DNA from: a virus
DNA: 64,000 nt
Reading direction: 5' to 3' (one strand)
Virus record (IMG/VR): IMGVR_UViG_3300045988_073112
How positions within the stretch are numbered: the stretch's first letter is position 1; every line of letters begins with the position of its first letter. A program made the position numbers and the translations under genes. Below are positions 46,393-56,351 of this stretch, one piece after another. Below the pieces are notes generated by a model that saw only the letters and a list, made by a program, of their open reading frames with translations, was not told the DNA's origin and searched no databases.

Positions 46393-46447
46393 TTTTTCTT
46401 TAATTTTATGTTATTATATATGTATAAAAGGTAAGGAAATGGATTAA

Positions 46448-46828
46448 ATGAATAATAAGTACAAAGCATTTACTGATTACTTCGATTGGCTAGTGCAGAA
46501 TTGCAAGGAGCCAGTTGTACTTCCCGATGAAGTACAAGATGTCTATAATCTCCTCCTTGCGCAGCAAGGTATGGAGAAACCTATGTTCACAGAAAGTGGA
46601 CTTTCAATCCTTGAGTATTTACAAACTTGTGATGCTACAAGTGTGAAAGCAAAAGATATTGCGGCTGGAATGGTTATTTCATCTCGCAAGGTATCTGGAG
46701 CTATTCGTAAACTCGTATCTGATGGGTTTGTAGATAAATATGGCCAGAATCCTGTCATTTATAGCTTGACGGAAAAGGGCAAAAATTTTGATATTAACGC
46801 TTATAAGGAGAATTTGAACAATGAGTAA
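46448..46828 (+). CDS. MarR-like winged-helix transcriptional regulator
   Basis: Helix-turn-helix plus wing: AKDIAAGMVISSRKVSGAIRKLVSDGFVDKYG. Confidence 0.55.
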   Translation: MNNKYKAFTDYFDWLVQNCKEPVVLPDEVQDVYNLLLAQQGMEKPMFTESGLSILEYLQTCDATSVKAKDIAAGMVISSRKVSGAIRKLVSDGFVDKYGQNPVIYSLTEKGKNFDINAYKENLNNE

Positions 46829-47777
46829 GAAAATGAAGAATGAATCCCATGTCGAAGGTTATGTTTACGAGCACAAGCTGGAAATGAAGGAGAGCGGTCC
46901 TAACTCTAAGAATCCCGGTACTGAGTTTATTAGTGGTACTCTTAGCGTGGCAACTGATGACGAGATGCTCAATGTTGTGCAAGTGCATTTCACTTATGTA
47001 ACTGCGGTGACCGCTAAGGGCAAGCCTAATAACACCTTTAATGTTCTGCAATCTATCATTGATGGCAAGATTGGTTCTGTAATGGAACACGGCAAAGAGA
47101 ACGCAGGTAAGGTCCGTATTGATACTGCCATTGGTCTAAATGAGTGGTATGATAAGGATGGTAATCTGGTGTCTGTCCGTCGTAACGAGGGAGGTTTCGT
47201 ACATCAGGTACAGGAACTGTGCGAGCCTAAGAGTCGTGCAACTTTCAACACTGATATGGTGATTACTAATGTCCGTCGTGTTGAGGCCGATGAAGAGAAG
47301 GAAACTCCCGAAAAGGTAATTGTTAAGGGTTGCGTGTTTGACTTCCGCAATGCTCTGCTCCCTGTTGAGTTTAGTGTTTATGAGCCATACGCTCCCGCAA
47401 AAGCTCTCGATTATTTCGAAAATCTCGGCGCTTCCTCTAGTTCTCCTGTCTTCACCAGAGTTCAGGGTATTCAGGTATCCAAAACTATTGTACGCAAGAC
47501 CGAGGAAGAGAGTGCATTTGGTGAAGCTGTTGTAAAGGAAACTCGTACTTCTCAGCGTGACTTTGTGATTAACTGGGCACAGCCTGAGACTTATGAGTGG
47601 GATAGCGAAGATACTTTGTTGGCTTCTGAACTGGGTGAGATGATGACCGCTCGTGAGGTTCATCTTGCTGAGATTAAGAAGCGTCAGGACGAGTATCAGG
47701 CTTCTCGTGGTAACGCGGCTGCGGCCGGTGCTTCTAAAGCAACTGCGGCTCCTGCAAAGGGCGACTACAACTTCTAA
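46821..47777 (+). CDS. putative single-stranded DNA-binding protein (318 aa)
   Basis: Position in the replication module; Gly/Ala-rich flexible C-terminus ending in an SSB-like acidic/aromatic tip (..KGDYNF). Confidence 0.45.
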   Translation: MSKKMKNESHVEGYVYEHKLEMKESGPNSKNPGTEFISGTLSVATDDEMLNVVQVHFTYVTAVTAKGKPNNTFNVLQSIIDGKIGSVMEHGKENAGKVRIDTAIGLNEWYDKDGNLVSVRRNEGGFVHQVQELCEPKSRATFNTDMVITNVRRVEADEEKETPEKVIVKGCVFDFRNALLPVEFSVYEPYAPAKALDYFENLGASSSSPVFTRVQGIQVSKTIVRKTEEESAFGEAVVKETRTSQRDFVINWAQPETYEWDSEDTLLASELGEMMTAREVHLAEIKKRQDEYQASRGNAAAAGASKATAAPAKGDYNF

Positions 47778-47783
47778 TTAAAT

Positions 47784-47812
47784 AAGGGGTAGTTATCTAC
47801 CCCTTTCATTTC
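47784..47812 (+). terminator. rho-independent terminator
   Basis: TAAGGGGTAGTTATCTACCCCTT hairpin plus TCATTT. Confidence 0.6.
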
Positions 47813-47850
47813 CTCATTATAAATAAAATAATTAAAGGAGAAAGATAATT

Positions 47851-48825
47851 ATGAGTTTGCTTGACCTTAAACCACATGAAGTATCAAGAGATTTAAGAGG
47901 ATATTCAGTTTTATTCTATGGCACTCCTAAGTCTGGTAAGACTACGATTGCCAGTAAATTTCCCGGCGCGCTTCTTCTCGCTTTTGAGAAAGGTTATAAC
48001 GCGTTGCCTGGTGTATATGCCCAGCCTATCAATAGCTGGGGCGAATTTAAGAAGCTCTTTACAGAGCTGAAAACTCCAGAAGTACAGGAAAAGTTCCAGA
48101 CCATTGTTATTGACACCGCAGATATTGCTTATAGCTATTGCGAGAAGTATGTCTGCAATCGTGAAGGTGTTGATACCATCGCGGATCTACCCTATGGTAA
48201 GGGTTATTCCATGGTTGGTACCGAATTCGACGAGGCGATCCGCAAGATTCTTCAGTTGAATTATGGTCTGATTTTGATTTCCCACTCTACTGATAAGGTA
48301 TTTAAGGATGAAGAGGGTAACGAGTATAACCAAATCGTTCCTACTCTTGATAAGAGAGGTCGTCTGATTTGCGAGAGAACTTGCGACATTATCGGTTATT
48401 CTACTTCCGTAAATACTGACGAGGGCGTTCAGACTCGTCTCTTTATGAGAGGCACTCCTCGTTATGTAGCTGGTTCTCGTTTCAAGTATATCCCGAACTC
48501 TATTGAGTTTACCTATGATAACTTAGTAAATGCAATTGCGGAAGCTATCGACAAGCAGGCAGAAGAGACTGGTGGTAAGTTTATTTCTAATGAAGCTACT
48601 CAGGTAGTTACAGAAGATGTAACTTATGATTTTGACCGACTAAATGCTCGTTTCCAAGAATTGGTTGGCGAATTGATGTCTGCTAATCAGTCTAATGCCG
48701 GTAAGATTACCGCTATTGTTGATAAGTATCTTGGTAGGGGAAAGAAAGTCGGAGAATGTACTCCTGAGCAAGCTGAACAAATCGACCTTATTGTTCATGA
48801 CTTGGAGCTTCTAATTAAGGGCTAA
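47851..48825 (+). CDS. Sak4-like RecA-fold ATPase (AAA_24 phage NTP-binding protein)
   Basis: Walker A YGTPKSGKTT; LILISH Walker B region. Confidence 0.6.
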   Translation: MSLLDLKPHEVSRDLRGYSVLFYGTPKSGKTTIASKFPGALLLAFEKGYNALPGVYAQPINSWGEFKKLFTELKTPEVQEKFQTIVIDTADIAYSYCEKYVCNREGVDTIADLPYGKGYSMVGTEFDEAIRKILQLNYGLILISHSTDKVFKDEEGNEYNQIVPTLDKRGRLICERTCDIIGYSTSVNTDEGVQTRLFMRGTPRYVAGSRFKYIPNSIEFTYDNLVNAIAEAIDKQAEETGGKFISNEATQVVTEDVTYDFDRLNARFQELVGELMSANQSNAGKITAIVDKYLGRGKKVGECTPEQAEQIDLIVHDLELLIKG

Positions 48826-48921
48826 GATTAAAGGAGGGTATTCTTGTATGAATACTCTCCTTTTGATTTTTTATCATAATTATGGTATAATAGTTATAGA
48901 AAATGTAAAGAAAGGAGCGTA

Positions 48922-49458
48922 ATGATTATGGCAAAACATATGGTGAAGTGTTTGTACTGCGGCCAGATGTTTGATGCTAATACCGAGCCTTTCGTAAAAC
49001 CAAACGCAAGACGATATGCTCATGTAGCTTGTGCGAGGACCGAAGAAGAAAATCAAACTCAAGAAGAAAAAGACAAACGTGAATTAGAAGAATATATCAA
49101 GGAATTATTTGGAGTTAGCACTATCCCAATCAAAATTAGGAAACAGATGGACACCTTTAGAAAAGAAAAAAATTATAGTTATTCTGGAATGAGAAAAACG
49201 CTGAAATTTTTCTTTGAAGTTAAGGGTAATCCGATCGAAAAAGCTAACGGCGGTATCGGTATTATTCCTTGGGTATATGATAAAGCATTTGACTATTGGA
49301 GAGCTTTATGGGAAGCTCAAGAGCGCAATAAGGGAGTAGAAATTCAAAAGTATAATTTGCCTGTGCGGGAGATTCACATTGTTCCTCCTAAGAGAGAGCC
49401 AATGAAGCATACGCGGCAATTATTTACATTCTTAGACGAAGGAGAGGAAGATACATGA
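48922..49458 (+). CDS. zinc-finger protein (178 aa)
   Basis: CLYCGQ..HVAC motif; RBS AAAGGAG. Confidence 0.5.
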   Translation: MIMAKHMVKCLYCGQMFDANTEPFVKPNARRYAHVACARTEEENQTQEEKDKRELEEYIKELFGVSTIPIKIRKQMDTFRKEKNYSYSGMRKTLKFFFEVKGNPIEKANGGIGIIPWVYDKAFDYWRALWEAQERNKGVEIQKYNLPVREIHIVPPKREPMKHTRQLFTFLDEGEEDT

Positions 49459-50996
49459 ATAGTAGTTATGTTGATACTGCTGCTATCACACAGATTATCG
49501 GTTGTGTCTTCAATAATGCCGCGATTCTCGATGACACAGACAAGTATATGATCCACGAAGAGGACTTCGTAGAAGATTTCCATAAGATTGTATTCGGTAG
49601 TATGTATAATATTCATCTGACAGGTAGTCAGGTTAATATCGACGCTATTATTGACTATCTAGCCAATAGACCTAAGTTTGATGCAATCTTTAAGAAGAAT
49701 AAAGGTGTTGAGTATCTATTAGAAGCTTCTCAAAATGCTAGACAAGACACTTTTAATTACTACTATGGTAGATTGAAAAAGTTCACTTTGTTAAGAGCTT
49801 ATGATAGTTATGGAGTAGATGTAAGTGGATTGTATGACGCAGATAATCTTCTTGATACTAAGAAGCGTCAGCAACAAGAGGATTGGTTAGATGCAACTTC
49901 ACTAATTGATATTGCAAATACGATTGATACCAAGATTGATGAAATCAAGAGTAAGTATATTGAAGATGATTTAGGTCTTGGGTATCAAGCGGGTGATGGT
50001 ATCATGGAGTTAATCGAAGACCTTGAGAAGCATCCAGAGGTCGGTATTCCTCTCTATGGACCGCTTATCAATACGGTAACAAGAGGAGCAAGATTGCGGA
50101 AATATTACTTGCGGTCCGCAGCTACTGGTATCGGTAAAACGAGAAGTATGATCGCGGATGCCTGCAATTTTGCGTGTAATCGTATCTACCATGAACAGTT
50201 TGGTTGGATTAAGAATGGCGCGTCTCAACCAACACTCTTTATTGCCACAGAGCAAGATAAAGGTGAAGTTCAAACAATGATGTTGGCTTTTCTTTCTTGC
50301 GTAAATGAGGAGCATATTCTTAACGGTCAGTATCTTGAGGGAGAGCGCGAGCGAGTCGTAGAGGCGGCGAAGATTATTAAAGATAGCCCTATCTGGATTG
50401 AGGAATTACCAGATTTCTCTTTGCAAGATGTTGAGAATAAGATTAAGAAGAATATTCGAGAACATGATGTTAAGTATGTCTTGTTCGACTATATTCAGAC
50501 CTCTTTGAAAATCTTGGAGGAAATTACCAAGAAGACAGGCGGTATCCGCTTGAGAGAGGATAATATCTTGTTTATGCTTTCCGCAAGACTGAAAGATTTG
50601 GCAAATAAATATGGTATTTTTATCATGTCAGCAACTCAGCTGAATGGTGATTATAAAGATAGCGAAACTCCTGACCAGAACTTACTACGTGGTGCTAAGA
50701 GTATTGCCGACCGAGCTGACGTAGGTATGATTTTGCTAGGTGTTTCAGAAGAAGATTTAGCAAAGTTAGAACCAATTCTTGAAGCAAACCCCAATCTTCA
50801 AAGACCAAATATTAAACTCTCTGTTTACAAGAATAGAAGAGGCTCTTATAAGGGCGTGTTTTTATGGTGTACGGCGGATTTAGGTACTTGCCGCATTCAT
50901 CCTCAGTTTTGTACTACTTGGCATCATGAGATGGTTGGCATTGAAGATATTAAGGTTATTGTAGATGATGGACCCAGCGCATGGGATAATAATTAA
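49455..50996 (+). CDS. DnaB-like replicative helicase
   Basis: N-terminal DnaB-like domain; RecA-fold Walker A SAATGIGKTRSM; Walker B VLFDYIQ; 513 aa. Confidence 0.8.
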   Translation: MNSSYVDTAAITQIIGCVFNNAAILDDTDKYMIHEEDFVEDFHKIVFGSMYNIHLTGSQVNIDAIIDYLANRPKFDAIFKKNKGVEYLLEASQNARQDTFNYYYGRLKKFTLLRAYDSYGVDVSGLYDADNLLDTKKRQQQEDWLDATSLIDIANTIDTKIDEIKSKYIEDDLGLGYQAGDGIMELIEDLEKHPEVGIPLYGPLINTVTRGARLRKYYLRSAATGIGKTRSMIADACNFACNRIYHEQFGWIKNGASQPTLFIATEQDKGEVQTMMLAFLSCVNEEHILNGQYLEGERERVVEAAKIIKDSPIWIEELPDFSLQDVENKIKKNIREHDVKYVLFDYIQTSLKILEEITKKTGGIRLREDNILFMLSARLKDLANKYGIFIMSATQLNGDYKDSETPDQNLLRGAKSIADRADVGMILLGVSEEDLAKLEPILEANPNLQRPNIKLSVYKNRRGSYKGVFLWCTADLGTCRIHPQFCTTWHHEMVGIEDIKVIVDDGPSAWDNN

Positions 50997-51008
50997 GGAG
51001 AAGATAAT

Positions 51009-51182
51009 ATGAAGAACTCTAAGGCTATTGATTATCAGATTACTAAGAAGCAGTTTGATGGTATTCTTTCTACTCGTAAGGATGATGAAGCAAAGAAGAA
51101 CCCTTATCAGTATGTAATGAATATCATCAATGAGAGTTATGGTTTGCGTGGTATGGTAACTCATCTCGTTATTATTGAGTAA
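51009..51182 (+). CDS. small hypothetical protein (57 aa)
   Basis: RBS AAGGAGAAG; TAATG overlap with the primase gene. Below the track cut-off. Confidence 0.4.
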   Translation: MKNSKAIDYQITKKQFDGILSTRKDDEAKKNPYQYVMNIINESYGLRGMVTHLVIIE

Positions 51183-52285
51183 TGTCTCGTTATTATGATA
51201 AAGACGAGCTAAAGGAGAAACTAGAACTAGAGCAGATTTATGACTTGGTAGAAGCTTGGGGAGGCGAGCCTGAGTACACAGATGGAGGGCTTATCTCCCA
51301 GACCATTTGTCACAATCTACCTGGCGAAGGTTCCCGCAAGCTTTATTATTACACTAATACTCGATTGTTTAGATGCTATACTGGCTGTATTGACCCTACT
51401 TTTGATATCTTTGACCTATGTATTAAGGTAATGAAAAATCAAAAGCAACTGAAATGGGAAATGTACGATGCTATGGATTATATAGCATCGTACTTTGGCT
51501 TTGATGGTATCGAAAAACAAGATGAACAATCGGAGTTAAAAGACTGGGACATATTTAAGAAACACAATCTGCGGCTTCCAGAAAAGAAACCTATGGTTCA
51601 ACTAAAAGAATATGATCCAGTTATTCTTACTCGCTTTGCTTATCCACGAATCTCTCGCTGGGAGCAAGAAGGAATTAGCGATGAAGTGAGTAAGAAGAAT
51701 CTCATTGGCTACTATCCAGGCGGCGAGCAAATCACAATCCCGCATTTTGATATTGATAATCGTTTGATTGGTATTAGAGGTCGTTCTTTAGCGGCAGATG
51801 AAGCTGAAAGATATGGCAAATATAGACCTCTATTGATTGGTAAGCAGTTATACAATCATCCATTAAGTATGAATCTGTATAACTTAAATAATAGCAAAGA
51901 CAATATCGCTAAAATCCACGCGGCAGTTATCTTTGAGAGTGAGAAGTCTTGCTTAATGTATCAATCCTATTATGGACATGAGAACGATATTTCTGTCGCT
52001 ATTTGCGGAAGTAGCTTATCGAGCTATCAGGTTGATTTGTTGAAACAAGTTGGCGCGAGAGAAATTGTGATTGCTCTTGATAGACAGTTCCAAGAAATTA
52101 GCGATGATGAGTTTAAGCGATTAAAAGCTAAACTTATTCATTTTTATAATAAATATAATAACTCTATAAGAGTAACAGCTATATTCGATAAAGCTATGAT
52201 TTCCCCTTATAAAGCTAGTCCTATTGATCAAGGGCCGCAAGTTTTTGAGAAGTTATTAGCCGAACGAATTATTCCAAAAGGTTAA
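51182..52285 (+). CDS. DNA primase (CHC2 zinc finger plus primase core)
   Basis: CHNLPGEGSRKLYYYTNTRLFRCYTGC zinc finger; placed between the helicase and the RecJ-like gene. Confidence 0.65.
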   Translation: MSRYYDKDELKEKLELEQIYDLVEAWGGEPEYTDGGLISQTICHNLPGEGSRKLYYYTNTRLFRCYTGCIDPTFDIFDLCIKVMKNQKQLKWEMYDAMDYIASYFGFDGIEKQDEQSELKDWDIFKKHNLRLPEKKPMVQLKEYDPVILTRFAYPRISRWEQEGISDEVSKKNLIGYYPGGEQITIPHFDIDNRLIGIRGRSLAADEAERYGKYRPLLIGKQLYNHPLSMNLYNLNNSKDNIAKIHAAVIFESEKSCLMYQSYYGHENDISVAICGSSLSSYQVDLLKQVGAREIVIALDRQFQEISDDEFKRLKAKLIHFYNKYNNSIRVTAIFDKAMISPYKASPIDQGPQVFEKLLAERIIPKG

Positions 52286-52296
52286 GGAGGTAAATC

Positions 52297-54006
52297 ATGG
52301 ATTATTAGCTGATTAAGCCTATTCATGACGGTTACTCCGCTATTGAACAGGTGTTGACAAATAGAGGGATTAAATTTGAAGATATTGACCATTATCTTAA
52401 TGTATCAGAATCAGATAATTTATCACCCCTTTTACTCAAAAATATTGAGAGTGCAGCTAAGATGATTTTTAATCAACTTAGTAAAGATAGTTTTCATATT
52501 CATGTGCAAGTGGATAGCGACTGCGATGGATACACTTCAGCAGCTTTGTTATTGAATTATATCCATGCTGTATTCCCATCTGCTATATCGCATATTTCAT
52601 ATAGTTTTCACGATGGTAAGATTCATGGTATTAACCCTGAGCTGATTCCACCAGAGACAACGTTAGTCATTGCTCCAGATTCAAGCTCTAATGACTATGA
52701 TATTCACAAGGCTCTTCATGATAAGGGTATTGAAGTTCTTGTATTGGATCACCATTAGGCTGAGAGAATTTCAGAATATGCTTGTATCGTGAATAATCAA
52801 CTTTGTGATTATCCTACTAAATCGCTTTCCGGTGTTGGTGTAGTTTATAAGCTATGTCAGTTTATTGATTCTCTGCTTCCCGCAGATCAACAGAAAGCGG
52901 ATCAATTCTTGGATATAGTAGCTATTGGCTTAGTTGGAGATATGATGGATTTGAGAGATTTTGAAACACACTATCTGGTTCAAACTGGATTAAGCCAAAT
53001 TCAAAATCCATTTATCAAAGGTATGGCGGAAAAGAACCATTATCAGTTAGGTGATCACCCTACTCCTATCGGGGTGGCTTTCTACATTGTGCCGCTTATT
53101 AACTCAATTACAAGAGTGGGAACGATGGCTGAAAAGACTCTATTATTTGAGTCGATGCTTAACTGGAAAGCTTTTGATTTAGTTCCTTCAACTAAGAGAG
53201 GATGCTCTGGTCAACAAGAGACAAGGTTGGAACAAAGTCTGCGGACTTGTACTAATGTCAAGAATCGGCAGACTAGAAATCAGGATGCCGCGGTTGAACA
53301 GGTTAAAGCAATCATCGAGGATAATAAACTTCTCGATCATAAGATTTTGTTAATTAAATTAGAACACCCTTCTTTTGATAGAGGTATCACTGGTTTAATT
53401 GCTAACAAACTTATGGCAGAATACCAGCGGCCTGTGGCATTGTTAGTGGAAGTAGAAGAAGATGGGAAAATCGCTTGGAGCGGTTCGGCACGTGGATATG
53501 AGAAATCTAAGCTAAATGATTTCAGAGGCTTTTGTCGAGATAGCGGTTTAGTTTATCTTGCTGAAGGCCATCCTAATGCATTTGGTTTCGGTATCTTGGA
53601 CGAGAATTTTGATGCCTTTCTCGAATATGCCGATAATGCACTCAAGGATATAGAATTTTCACCAAGTTATAAAGTGGATTTTATTCATTCCGTAAACAAC
53701 TTTAATCCTAAAGAAATTCTTGAACTAGGTAACATGAAAAATCTTTGGGGTCAAAATGTTGATGAACCACTTATCGCGGTGGAAAATGTTGCAGTAACAA
53801 AAGACATGATTACACTCATGGCAAGAGATAGGAACCCCACGTTGAAGATCCAATTACCCAACGGAGTTACTTGCATCAAGTTTAAATCAAGCGAAGAGGA
53901 GCTGGATAGTTTGTTCAGCGAAAACGGTTGCGTGACTATTAATCTTGTGGGTAAGGCCGAAGTAAATAAATACTTCAATAGTGTAACACCACAACTTATT
54001 ATCTAG
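52297..54006 (+). CDS. RecJ-like DHH/DHHA1 single-strand exonuclease; in-frame TAG at 52306 and 52756, and TAG at 54004 followed by 14 more in-frame codons
   Basis: RBS AAGGAGG before ATG 52297. Track ORFs 52351..52758 and 52789..54006 are the same frame. DHH motif LVLDHH[TAG]AERI with the TAG on the conserved Gln; DHHA1 SLSGVGVVYKL. Confidence 0.7.
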
Positions 54007-54082
54007 AATTATGAGATTATAAATCGTCAGGAATATTATTTTTAATGATTGCGCGACCTCTTACTAAAGGAGGAACAATCAA

Positions 54083-54847
54083 ATGAGTCGTTTTATTAAA
54101 GTTATCACAAGTTTAATCATTATATTGTCTTTATGCGGATGTGGCTATGGCCTAGTGGTCACTACTCAAGCCTATTCCGTGCCGTATAACGAAACTGTTA
54201 GTTATACTCTTGATGATATGGATATATTGGTTGAGCTTATTGCGGAACAAATCTCGAATATGAACGCCGCACATCAAATGGCTGAAGCTGCTAGATAGCT
54301 AGGCTATAGTGAAGACCATGACGTCATTGTATTAGCAAAACAAGAACACGCTGATGCAAATGCTTTGAGAATGAAATATCAAAGCGTATATGACCAACTC
54401 ATGGAACATTGGCATCAAAAGGAAGAAGAGTACCCAACAGCTACTTATATATGGACCTACTTCAAAGATCTGGGCTACAGTAACCAAGTTTGTGCTGGCA
54501 TTCTTGGTAATATAATGGCTGAAACTGGAGGTAACACATTAGACATTCAAGCCACGATTTCTGGTAACGGATATTATGGTATATGTCAATGGAATAAAGC
54601 CTACTCAAATGTATGGGGAGCCTCGTTAGAAGAGCAATGCGACTATCTGCGAGATACTATTGAGTACGAGTTCGATACATTCGGTTATGTTTATAAGAGA
54701 AACTTTGATTACAATAGTTTCTTAGATTTAACCGACATTAAAAGCGCTGCTCTGGCATTTGCTAAATGCTATGAGAGGTGCGGTTCTGGGAGCTATTATA
54801 CGCGACAGCAAAATGCTATTGCTGCATATAATTACTTCATAAGTTAA
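54083..54847 (+). CDS. secreted lipoprotein with a phage tail-lysozyme-type domain; one in-frame TAG at 54296
   Basis: Lipobox LSLCGCG after a signal peptide. Track ORFs 54083..54298 and 54365..54847 are the same frame. CAGILGNIMAETGGNTLD..GICQWN lysozyme motif (same family as the N-terminus of the 34984 endolysin). Confidence 0.6.
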
Positions 54848-54917
54848 AGTAAAGAATCGACGAACTGGCCGGAACCTAGACGGCCGTTCGCCGAAACTAA
54901 AATAGGGTTTACTATTT

Positions 54918-55145
54918 TTGGAAAGGAAAAGTGGTATGAATATTTTGTATGTAGATATGACTAGCATGAATGTTGAAGAAGTAGCTTCACTGCATGAACA
55001 ACTCTCCTATAAGCTAAATGGAGATTTAATTACACTACCGATGAATACTAGACTGCTCTATGATGTGAGATTGGAAGATTTGTATGATTTAAAAGCTAAA
55101 GTAGATGCAGCGATTAAGGAGAAGGAAAATGGAACTAACACGTAA
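54918..55145 (+). CDS. hypothetical protein (75 aa)
   Basis: RBS GGAAAGGAAAAG. Confidence 0.5.
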   Translation: MERKSGMNILYVDMTSMNVEEVASLHEQLSYKLNGDLITLPMNTRLLYDVRLEDLYDLKAKVDAAIKEKENGTNT

Positions 55146-56289
55146 ACAAGAGGAAGGATTGAGAATCGCGGTAGAGCGATATCACCAAAATGAACCCTAT
55201 ACTGTGATTGCTGGATACGCCGGTACTGGTAAATCAACACTTATTAAGTTCATTATTTCTGCTCTAGATATCAACCCTGAACGAGTAGCCTATATTGCTT
55301 ATACTGGCAAAGCCGCACAGGTGCTAAGAAATAAAGGTTGTCCAACTGCGATGACTGCGCACCGGCTGCTCTATAAATCCTTACAGCGAGCTGATGGCAC
55401 CTTCATTCATATTCCAAGAGAGTCACTCAACTCTGATTGCGACATTGTCGTGGTAGATGAGGTATCTATGCTGCCAAAACAGATGTGGGAGCTATTACTA
55501 TCGCATAATGTTTATGTAATTGCTTGTGGCGACCCAGGTCAGTTGCCTCCTATTGGCGAGGAGAATGGCATCCTCGACCATCCGCATATCTTCCTTGACG
55601 AAATTATGCGTCAGGCCGCAGAAAGTGAGATTATCCGCCTGTCCGCAGACATTCGTGCTGGTAAGATTATTAAACCTTACAAGGGTTCAGAAATTAACGT
55701 CGTTCGACAGAGAGATCTTTGCGATGGTATGTTTACATGGGCTGATCAAATTCTTTGTGGTAAGAATATTACTCGTCACACTATGAATAATTATTATCGC
55801 AATATGCGATATGGCGAAGATATTCCTGCTCCTATTGTTGGAGATAAAGTTATTTGTCTTAAGAATAACTGGGATAAGATTACTGCCACAGGTGATGCTC
55901 TTGTTAATGGGACTATTGGCACAATCGAAGAAATTGCTACCTATCCGAATCCTTGGCTTAATCCTATGTGTATTATTGATTTCGCACCAGAGACTATTGA
56001 CGAAACCGATCCTCGTGATCAGGTGTTCCATGAACTCTTGATGGACTATAAGCTTATCACCACAAAAGAAGCAACTGTAAACAAGGAAAACTTCCGAATG
56101 TTTCCTAAGCAGTTGCGACCAGAGCAATTTGATTATGGTTACTGCATTACCGTTCATAAGAGTCAAGGTAGTGAGTATGATAAAGTATTAGTGCTTGAAG
56201 AGGTGCTTAAAAGAGCAGACCATGCAAGATGGCTATACACGGCTGTAACAAGGGCTTCGCAGAAATTAACCTTGGTACTAAAAGATTGA
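55129..56289 (+). CDS. Dda/RecD-like superfamily 1 DNA helicase
   Basis: Walker A GYAGTGKST, Walker B VVDEVSML, C-terminal CITVHKSQGSEYDKV (UvrD_C_2-like). Confidence 0.8.
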   Translation: MELTRKQEEGLRIAVERYHQNEPYTVIAGYAGTGKSTLIKFIISALDINPERVAYIAYTGKAAQVLRNKGCPTAMTAHRLLYKSLQRADGTFIHIPRESLNSDCDIVVVDEVSMLPKQMWELLLSHNVYVIACGDPGQLPPIGEENGILDHPHIFLDEIMRQAAESEIIRLSADIRAGKIIKPYKGSEINVVRQRDLCDGMFTWADQILCGKNITRHTMNNYYRNMRYGEDIPAPIVGDKVICLKNNWDKITATGDALVNGTIGTIEEIATYPNPWLNPMCIIDFAPETIDETDPRDQVFHELLMDYKLITTKEATVNKENFRMFPKQLRPEQFDYGYCITVHKSQGSEYDKVLVLEEVLKRADHARWLYTAVTRASQKLTLVLKD

Positions 56290-56293
56290 TAAC

Positions 56294-56351
56294 TTGCTTT
56301 TTGTATTTAATTATGCTATAATGTTTATATAAAAGGTAAAGGAGACAGTTT
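56294..56351 (+). promoter_or_regulatory. sigma-70 promoter (TTGCTT, 17-bp spacer, TGcTATAAT) plus leader for the polymerase gene
   Basis: TTGCTTTTTGTATTTAATTATGCTATAAT, then RBS AAAGGAGACA. Confidence 0.55.

Noticed and set aside
48848-48922. 24-codon ORF with RBS AAGGAGGG upstream of 48922
   Set aside because: It spans the -35/-10 promoter region for the 48922 gene, and its sequence is the AT-rich promoter/leader itself.
2041-56351. Recurring roughly 40-nt AT-rich repeat considered as a CRISPR array or MITE
   Set aside because: The copies are dispersed at gene starts, always after terminators, with variable spacing and no regular spacers. They contain TTGACA/TATAAT-like elements and an RBS, so they are a promoter/leader module and not CRISPR repeats.
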